Origin: Nostoc sp. PCC 7120 = FACHB-418
Lineage (GTDB): Bacteria; Cyanobacteriota; Cyanobacteriia; Cyanobacteriales; Nostocaceae
Reading direction: 5' to 3'
DNA length: 32,000 bases
Assembly (NCBI RefSeq): GCF_000009705.1
Contig: NC_003272.1
Coordinates: 2,700,001-2,732,000, forward strand
Position numbers and translations under genes: made by a program. The notes beneath the pieces were generated by a model. The model made no database searches. It was not told where the DNA came from and saw only the letters and a program-made list of their open reading frames with translations. Positions within the stretch are counted from its first letter, which is position 1. Each line of letters opens with the position of its first letter. Below, one piece after another: positions 26,406-32,000 of the stretch.

Positions 26406-28985
26406 ATGACTCTTCCCAATCCTGGTAGCGTTTTGGCTTCGTTAACAGAACTGACTCAAGTTAATCGTACCCACGCTTTATTGCGTCGGGTCAAAGACCT
26501 TTCTGTTAACGAATTTGTTTGCTTGCTAGACTTTATCACTGCCGAATTTCAACAATTTCTCAGAGCAATTGAACTCATTAATAATGAAGCTCTAGAAAAT
26601 ATGTTGGAGAAAGTGTTGGAAGCAATTACACTGAAAATCGGTCAAATTCTCCAAGCAGAACATACAGCCATTTTCTTAGTTGACTATGATAAATGTCAAT
26701 TATGGTCAAAAGTACCCCAAGATAATGGGCAGAAATTTTTAGAAATTCGTACTCCCATTACTGTAGGAATTCCTGGTCATGTTGCTAGTACAGGTCAATA
26801 TTTAAATATCTCAGAAACTGCTACTCATCCTTTGTTTAGCCCAGAATTAGAGAGACAAATGGGCTATAAGATTAATAATATTTTATGTATGCCTGTCGTT
26901 AGTAGCAAAGATCAAATTGTCGCAGTAGTACAATTAGCTAATAAGACAGGAAATATACCCTTCAATCGAAATGATGAAGAGTCTTTTCGTGATTTTGCTG
27001 CTTCTATTGGGATTATTTTAGAAACCTGTCAATCTTTTTATGTTGCAGCTCGCAATCAACGGGGAGTCACAGCACTTTTACGCGCTACTCAAACACTAGG
27101 GCAAAGTTTAGATTTAGAGGCTACTTTGCAAATAGTGATGGAACAAGCCCGAATTTTGATGCAGGCAGACCGCAGCACATTATTTCTGTATCGCAAAGAA
27201 ATGGGCGAACTCTGGACTAAAGTAGCAGCAGCAGCAGATACCACACAGTTAATAGAAATTCGGATTCCGGCGAATCGCGGTATTGTCGGCTATGTGGCAT
27301 CTACAGGCGATGCGCTGAATATCTCTGATGCTTATAAAGACCCCCGGTTTGATCCAACAACAGACAGAAAAACAGGCTATTTGACCAGAAATATTTTGTG
27401 TTTGCCAGTCTTTAATTCAGCCAATGAATTGATCGGAGTAACACAGTTAATTAATAAGCAACAAGGAAGTTTTACGGCTTCTGATGAAGAGTTTATGCGG
27501 GCTTTTAATATTCAAGCCGGAGTTGCTTTAGAAAATGCTCGTTTATTTGAAAATGTATTACTAGAAAAACAATATCAAAAAGACATTTTACAAAGCTTGT
27601 CAGATGCTGTAATTTCTACAGATATGGCCGGGAGAATTGTCACAATTAATGATGCAGCCTTGGAATTACTCGGTTGTCCTTTAGGTGATGCTAATCATAA
27701 AAGTAATAAGCTGCTGTGGGAACAAAATTTAATTGGTCGCGTAGTTTGGGAAATTGTACCAATTGAAAATTTGCAGATGCGCTTAGAAGATAGTTTAAAA
27801 AGTGGTGCTAAACATTATGTGCCAGAACAAAGTTTGATAGTGGGAATTTATCAATTACAAATGTCTGAAAGTCGGGTTTTGCATGAAACTCAAGACTACT
27901 CTATTTTGACAGTACGCGATCGCATCAACCCAGATATTTTTCTCCCCTGGAATTTACCCCAAACCCCCCAGTCGCAATTTATCACCCCGGAAGAAGTACA
28001 AATCTTAGAACGCAGTATTAATCTTACCGTTAATCCTTTGACGAACCCAGAAGGCGGTGTCCGTGGTGGTTTGGTAGTTTTGGAAGATATTAGTCAAGAG
28101 AAGCGCCTCAAAACTACTATGTATCGCTACCTTACACCCCATGTAGCTGAACAGGTAATGGCTTTAGGGGAAGATGCCTTAATGGTTGGTGAACGCAAGG
28201 AGGTGACTGTTTTATTTTCAGATATCCGAGGCTACACCACACTTACGGAAAATCTAGGTGCGGCTGAAGTGGTATCACTCCTGAACCAATATTTTGAAAC
28301 AATGGTTGAAGCAGTTTTCAACTATGAAGGCACACTGGATAAATTTATCGGTGATGCTTTAATGGCTGTTTTTGGTGCGCCACTACCACTCACAGAAAAT
28401 CATGCTTGGCAAGCAGTACAGTCAGCATTAGATATGCGCCAACGCCTGAAGGAATTTAACCAACGACGCATCATTCAGGCACAACCACAAATCAAAATCG
28501 GTATTGGTATTAGTTCTGGAGAAGTAGTTTCTGGTAACATCGGTTCTCACAAGCGTATGGATTACACAGTCATTGGTGATGGTGTGAATTTAAGTTCCCG
28601 CTTGGAAACTGTCACCAAAGAATATGGCTGTGATATTATCCTCAGTGAGTTTACTTACCAATTATGCAGCGATCGCATTTGGGTACGTCAGTTAGATAAA
28701 ATCCGAGTCAAAGGGAAACACCAAGCTGTCAATATCTATGAGTTGATTAGCGATCGCAGTACTCCCTTAGATGACAACACCCAAGAGTTCCTCTTTCACT
28801 ATCATAATGGTCGGACTGCCTACTTAGTCCGCGATTTTACCCAGGCGATCGCTTGTTTTAACTCAGCTAAACATATTCGACCCACAGACCAAGCTGTCAA
28901 TATTCACCTAGAACGCGCCTACAATTATCAACAAACTCCACCACCTCCTCAATGGGACGGCGTATGGACAATTTTCACAAAGTAG
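26406..28985 (+). CDS. cyaB1: Adenylate cyclase with GAF-GAF-PAS-class III cyclase domains and a TPR-like tail (CyaB1-type)
   Basis: It is 859 aa, the length I recall for Anabaena CyaB1. There are two GAF regions (..NILCMPV.., ..NILCLPV..) and a PAS segment (ILQSLSDAVISTD). The cyclase core reads VTVLFSDIRGYTTLTE, KFIGDALMAVFGAP and DYTVIGDGVNLSSRLE. Confidence 0.9.
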   Translation: MTLPNPGSVLASLTELTQVNRTHALLRRVKDLSVNEFVCLLDFITAEFQQFLRAIELINNEALENMLEKVLEAITLKIGQILQAEHTAIFLVDYDKCQLWSKVPQDNGQKFLEIRTPITVGIPGHVASTGQYLNISETATHPLFSPELERQMGYKINNILCMPVVSSKDQIVAVVQLANKTGNIPFNRNDEESFRDFAASIGIILETCQSFYVAARNQRGVTALLRATQTLGQSLDLEATLQIVMEQARILMQADRSTLFLYRKEMGELWTKVAAAADTTQLIEIRIPANRGIVGYVASTGDALNISDAYKDPRFDPTTDRKTGYLTRNILCLPVFNSANELIGVTQLINKQQGSFTASDEEFMRAFNIQAGVALENARLFENVLLEKQYQKDILQSLSDAVISTDMAGRIVTINDAALELLGCPLGDANHKSNKLLWEQNLIGRVVWEIVPIENLQMRLEDSLKSGAKHYVPEQSLIVGIYQLQMSESRVLHETQDYSILTVRDRINPDIFLPWNLPQTPQSQFITPEEVQILERSINLTVNPLTNPEGGVRGGLVVLEDISQEKRLKTTMYRYLTPHVAEQVMALGEDALMVGERKEVTVLFSDIRGYTTLTENLGAAEVVSLLNQYFETMVEAVFNYEGTLDKFIGDALMAVFGAPLPLTENHAWQAVQSALDMRQRLKEFNQRRIIQAQPQIKIGIGISSGEVVSGNIGSHKRMDYTVIGDGVNLSSRLETVTKEYGCDIILSEFTYQLCSDRIWVRQLDKIRVKGKHQAVNIYELISDRSTPLDDNTQEFLFHYHNGRTAYLVRDFTQAIACFNSAKHIRPTDQAVNIHLERAYNYQQTPPPPQWDGVWTIFTK

Positions 28986-29101
28986 GATTGCTAAGTGTTG
29001 AGTGATAAACAGGGAGTTAATTTTGTTGGCGTAGCCTACTCTGCGAGTTCTCAGCAGGAGTAGCCGTAGGGGATTTTGAATTTTGAATTGATTCCCCTCT
29101 C

Positions 29102-29386
29102 TCATTTTCCCGCACTTTCAGAGTTATCGTCTCCATTTTGAAATGGATGTTCGCCGATTTGTAGTTGTTTTTTGGTGCGCTTTAAGTGTTTCCACAAAGC
29201 TTTTATTTGGTCGTAAGCTTCATCTGGTGACAACTTTCCCCCTGTCTCTAAGTTGCAAATATAACTTACTTTCTGGGCAAATTCCTGTAAATTAGCGTTG
29301 AAAACTAAATTTTCTGGCTTTACTTGGCCGTAATAACGGCCACGAGGATAGAGAAAATTGTCTTTGCTCATTATGCTTTTCTCCAT
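29102..29386 (-). CDS. Small conserved-looking hypothetical protein
   Basis: The start is chosen at ATG 29386 (MEKSIMSKDN...) because AAGGAG lies 9 nt upstream. The track's ATG at 29413 is possible. I recognise no family. Confidence 0.55.
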   Translation of the reverse strand: MEKSIMSKDNFLYPRGRYYGQVKPENLVFNANLQEFAQKVSYICNLETGGKLSPDEAYDQIKALWKHLKRTKKQLQIGEHPFQNGDDNSESAGK

Positions 29387-29976
29387 TTTATTTAACTCCT
29401 TTATGTTTAACATCTAAAGATGAATCTCTAGTATCCATCTCAACTGTAATTCAGTAGAAATACAGTACGAAGACCACTAATTACTTAATTTATTTCATCT
29501 TCTCCAATAAATAATATTTGACTATTTAAAATGCTTTTGAGATTTTTATGTATTGCTGGCTACATTTTTGCGATATTCAAGCCAGTTAGCTATTTTTGCA
29601 CCGAGTCTAAAATCTCAGATATTTGAATGTCAAGATTCAACGAATTTTATTCTTGAGCCAATCTTTTCCAATGGATGTATAGAAAAATCTGCCTTGTTGG
29701 TCTGGAGATGAAAATACTAATGCTTTGGTAATCAGTATTTTACTTATTTTTTGATTAATGATTTACCTCATATATATTAGGTTCAGATAATAGAAAACTT
29801 GATGTCATTTATCTTGTTTATCTCTCAAATAAACGTATCAATATATACTTGCAGTTAACACAAAAAATTGAATAGTTACAAAAATTATTCTTTGTGTTGG
29901 TCTAATCTTAACATTGATGTAAAAAAGTACACATTAAGCTATCTGCGTTTAAATTGCATGATTCATCATGAGGAAT

Positions 29977-30004
29977 GTTGACCGTTGACTGTCAACAGTT
30001 AACA
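29977..30004. repeat. STRR-type heptamer repeat (GTTGACC GTTGACT GTCAACA GTTAACA)
   Basis: Four tandem heptamers contain CAACAGT (STRR3-like). They also form the 13-nt palindrome gttgac-t-gtcaac. Confidence 0.55.
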
Positions 30005-30230
30005 GCCCTAATTAGTAGTTATGCCATTTAGACGCGCATTAGCTTACTCTCAAAAAATATCGCAAACCAAGAAGTATTGCTTCTGCTTGAGGTAAGAATT
30101 CAGTTTGTCATAGTAATGTGGCAATCCCTAACTTAGGTAAGAATCGCCATATCGGGATATAGATAGAGCAAAATAGGATATCGCACACCTCTAACATTAA
30201 GATTTCTCTTAATTTTGCCAGATTTCGCAG

Positions 30231-30265
30231 GCTGGTGGTCTTAAGTTACCATCAGCTATTTTGCC
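30231..30265 (+). terminator. Terminator-like hairpin in the purC upstream region
   Basis: gctggtggt-(8 nt)-accatcagc forms 9 bp including one G-U, followed by tattttg, about 155 nt upstream of the purC ATG. Confidence 0.3.
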
Positions 30266-30419
30266 ATGTGGTCAGGTGCAGCATTGATTTTCTGCAATAT
30301 TCCCCACCCAAAATTGCCTCACTGACTACAGACGAATAGCTAATCGTGAATAACTAAAGATAAAATGGTGAAGCCCGAAAGGACAAAAGCTGCTCATCGC
30401 TCAAACTTTACCTCCCACC

Positions 30420-31157
30420 ATGTCTGTTCATTCCAAGCTATACGAAGGCAAAGCTAAAATTCTCTATACTACCGACGAGCCAGAAGTCTTGCTGGCTGAT
30501 TTTAAAGATGATGCCACTGCCTTTAACGCGCAAAAGCGCGGCAGTATCATTGGCAAAGGCAGAATAAATTGTAGTATTTCCAGCCAGCTTTTTCAGCAGT
30601 TGGAAGCATCTGGGATCAAGACGCACTTTATTGATAGCCCTGCACCCAATCAAATGCGGGTGAAAGCCGTAAAAATCATACCGCTAGAAGTAGTAATACG
30701 TAATATTGCTGCTGGTAGCTTATCTCAGCAAACAGGTATAGAGCTAGGTACAGTCTTAAAACAGCCCCTAGTAGAGTTTTATTATAAAAACGATCAGTTA
30801 GGAGATCCACTATTAACACGCGATCGCCTGCTGTTAATGGAACTAGCCACGGCGGAACAAGTAGAGGAAATTACTCATCTAGCATTGCAAATAAACGATT
30901 TCCTCAAAAACTTCTGGCAGAATTGCGGTATCACCCTAGTAGACTTCAAACTAGAATTCGGTTTGGACTCACAACAGCAAATACTCCTGGCTGATGAAAT
31001 TAGCCCTGATACCTGCCGTTTGTGGAACACAACAGAAGCCGACCCCAATCGCCGCGTTATGGATAAAGACCGTTTCCGGCGCGACCTGGGAAATGTAGAA
31101 GATGCTTATCAGGAGGTTTTACAAAGAGTACTAACAGCAGTAGAAATTAAAAATTAG
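30420..31157 (+). CDS. purC: Phosphoribosylaminoimidazole-succinocarboxamide (SAICAR) synthase
   Basis: 245 aa. LYEGKAKILYTT...FKDDATAFNAQK...GKG..N..IS...F, VVIRN.AAGS and LADEISPDTCRLW are characteristic of PurC. Confidence 0.95.
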   Translation: MSVHSKLYEGKAKILYTTDEPEVLLADFKDDATAFNAQKRGSIIGKGRINCSISSQLFQQLEASGIKTHFIDSPAPNQMRVKAVKIIPLEVVIRNIAAGSLSQQTGIELGTVLKQPLVEFYYKNDQLGDPLLTRDRLLLMELATAEQVEEITHLALQINDFLKNFWQNCGITLVDFKLEFGLDSQQQILLADEISPDTCRLWNTTEADPNRRVMDKDRFRRDLGNVEDAYQEVLQRVLTAVEIKN

Positions 31158-31285
31158 ATGTATCAGGAATAATTTTTGATTATTGCAAAACAAACAAGTA
31201 TATTTGTTTTTTTACCTTTGGCATAAACAAGCAATTGCCTGGTAATGGTGTGTGGATGTGAAGAGGAAGAAAGGAATTAAAGACG

Positions 31286-32000
31286 ATGCGTTTATCTCCC
31301 GTATTAGTGGCGGCTGTAGCAATCACAGCACCCTTGAGTAGTTCATTAACTGCAAATGCCCAAACTCCTACAAATTCAGAACAAACATTAGAGGCGATCG
31401 CCCCAGCGACAAATCAGCAGCCAGAACAAGATGTGCGTTCAGAATCCCCGGAGGATTTCACAACTGTCAAGGCGCTGGCAGATATGCAATCCCCATCTGT
31501 GGAATTCTCAACAGATAAGTCAACTAAATCCGCAGCAACGACGAAAAAAGATGTAATTGTACCCACTTTAGAGACATTAGTGGCTACAAAACCGCCCATT
31601 CAAGAAAGCAACCCTACGACTAAGATAGCGTCTGTAGAAATTGGCAAACCAACATCGACTGCGGTTTTTAGGAGTCAGTATCAGACAATAAATTATGGTA
31701 GTTATGGGCGATCGCTCACATCAGGTGTTAGCGCATCACCATCACCACAGAAAACAGCAAATTTACCCTCACCAGCTCCTAACCCCCTGGAAACTAGAGC
31801 GACAACAGCCAAGCAACTTGTACAAGCCCCAGAACAACCTGCACCCCAGCCAGAAGTAGCCCCCCCAACCACCGAGCAACCAGCACCTGCACCAGCCCCT
31901 GGGACTACACCAGGGACAGAAAATTTCAACACTCCTAACGCCACACCTGAAACCACAGAACCCCGTGTATTAGTTTCAGAAGTCCTCGTAAGACCGCAAT
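31286..32000 (+). CDS. Secreted protein with a proline-rich N-terminal region, probably the start of the Omp85/BamA-type outer-membrane protein (partial, runs off the window end)
   Basis: My own translation from ATG 31286 gives MRLSPVLVAAVAITAPLSSSLTANAQ (signal peptide), then ...PSPAPNPLE...APEQPAPQPEVAPPTTEQPAPAPAPGTTPG...EPRVLVSEVLV. Cyanobacterial Omp85 carries an N-terminal Pro-rich domain ahead of POTRA1, and as I recall a purC-omp85 order occurs in Anabaena PCC 7120. The frame is open to the window edge, so it is not in the track. Confidence 0.5.
   Translation, partial: MRLSPVLVAAVAITAPLSSSLTANAQTPTNSEQTLEAIAPATNQQPEQDVRSESPEDFTTVKALADMQSPSVEFSTDKSTKSAATTKKDVIVPTLETLVATKPPIQESNPTTKIASVEIGKPTSTAVFRSQYQTINYGSYGRSLTSGVSASPSPQKTANLPSPAPNPLETRATTAKQLVQAPEQPAPQPEVAPPTTEQPAPAPAPGTTPGTENFNTPNATPETTEPRVLVSEVLVRPQ

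Noticed and set aside
29531-29626. A 31-codon hydrophobic mini-ORF.
   Set aside because: It has no Shine-Dalgarno and no supporting context, and such ORFs arise easily in AT-rich DNA. It is mentioned only within the intergenic finding.
29977-30004. An operator-like palindrome, gttgac-t-gtcaac, considered as a PurR-type or other repressor site upstream of purC.
   Set aside because: The sequence is strictly heptamer-periodic (GTTGACC GTTGACT GTCAACA GTTAACA) and related to STRR repeats typical of heterocystous cyanobacteria. It lies about 415 nt from purC and does not resemble the PurR box. A binding role is not excluded, but the repeat explanation is simpler.
29414-30419. A purine, ZTP or other known riboswitch in the purC upstream region.
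   Set aside because: I could not find the conserved cores by eye: the purine riboswitch three-way junction, or the ZTP GGGUCGUG...CCGCCUGGGC-like elements. Only a covariance-model scan can settle this.
31414-31956. Minus-strand ORFs 31414-31599 and 31702-31956, the latter Gly/Ala-rich.
   Set aside because: They are the mirror image of the proline-rich plus-strand coding region, since CCN codons read antisense as GGN. The plus-strand frame has a start codon, a signal peptide, and stays open to the window end.
1-32000. A search for CRISPR arrays, tRNA/rRNA genes, transposases, integrases and phage genes.
   Set aside because: No regularly spaced direct repeats of 25-40 nt, no cloverleaf-like or rRNA-like segments, and no transposase or integrase motifs appear in any long ORF. 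The only repeats are the gvpA duplication, the STRR heptamers and the two hairpin elements.

Overview
This window looks like chromosomal DNA from a heterocystous (Nostocales: Anabaena/Nostoc/Dolichospermum-like) cyanobacterium. The support is many HIP1 octamers (GCGATCGC), STRR-type heptamer repeats, and a GvpA that, from memory, is nearly identical to Anabaena flos-aquae GvpA.

Layout:
(a) 1-7.1 kb, minus strand: a complete gas-vesicle cluster, gvpA-gvpA-gvpC-gvpN-gvpJ-gvpK-gvpF-gvpG. It is followed by an opposite-strand small coiled-coil ORF (possibly gvpV), a second GvpF/L-family gene, and the start of an ArsA/Get3-like ATPase.
(b) 7.1-8.2 kb: a small divergent ORF and a long noncoding stretch holding a decayed nucleotidyltransferase-like fragment.
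(c) 8.2-11.9 kb: a two-gene unit of an acetoacetate-decarboxylase-fold-like protein plus an unusually long (about 770 aa) phytoene-desaturase/HpnE-like flavoprotein. I cannot assign it to a known pathway, and it is my best candidate for something undescribed.
(d) 12.1-21.4 kb: a signalling island. It holds a 1777-aa Ser/Thr-kinase/AAA/GAF/His-kinase protein of the HstK type, a second Ser/Thr kinase, a heme-c (CxxCH) DUF3365-HAMP sensor with no output domain, and a PhnD-like binding protein whose 5' end is broken by a T9 homopolymer frameshift.
(e) 21.4-32 kb: housekeeping-type genes. These are htpX, a CPA1 antiporter-USP fusion, an SqdX-like GT4, adenylate cyclase cyaB1, purC, and the proline-rich N-terminus of an Omp85/BamA-like protein.

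I found no rRNA, tRNA, CRISPR array, transposase or prophage genes. All product calls rest on motifs read by eye from the translations. No database search was run.
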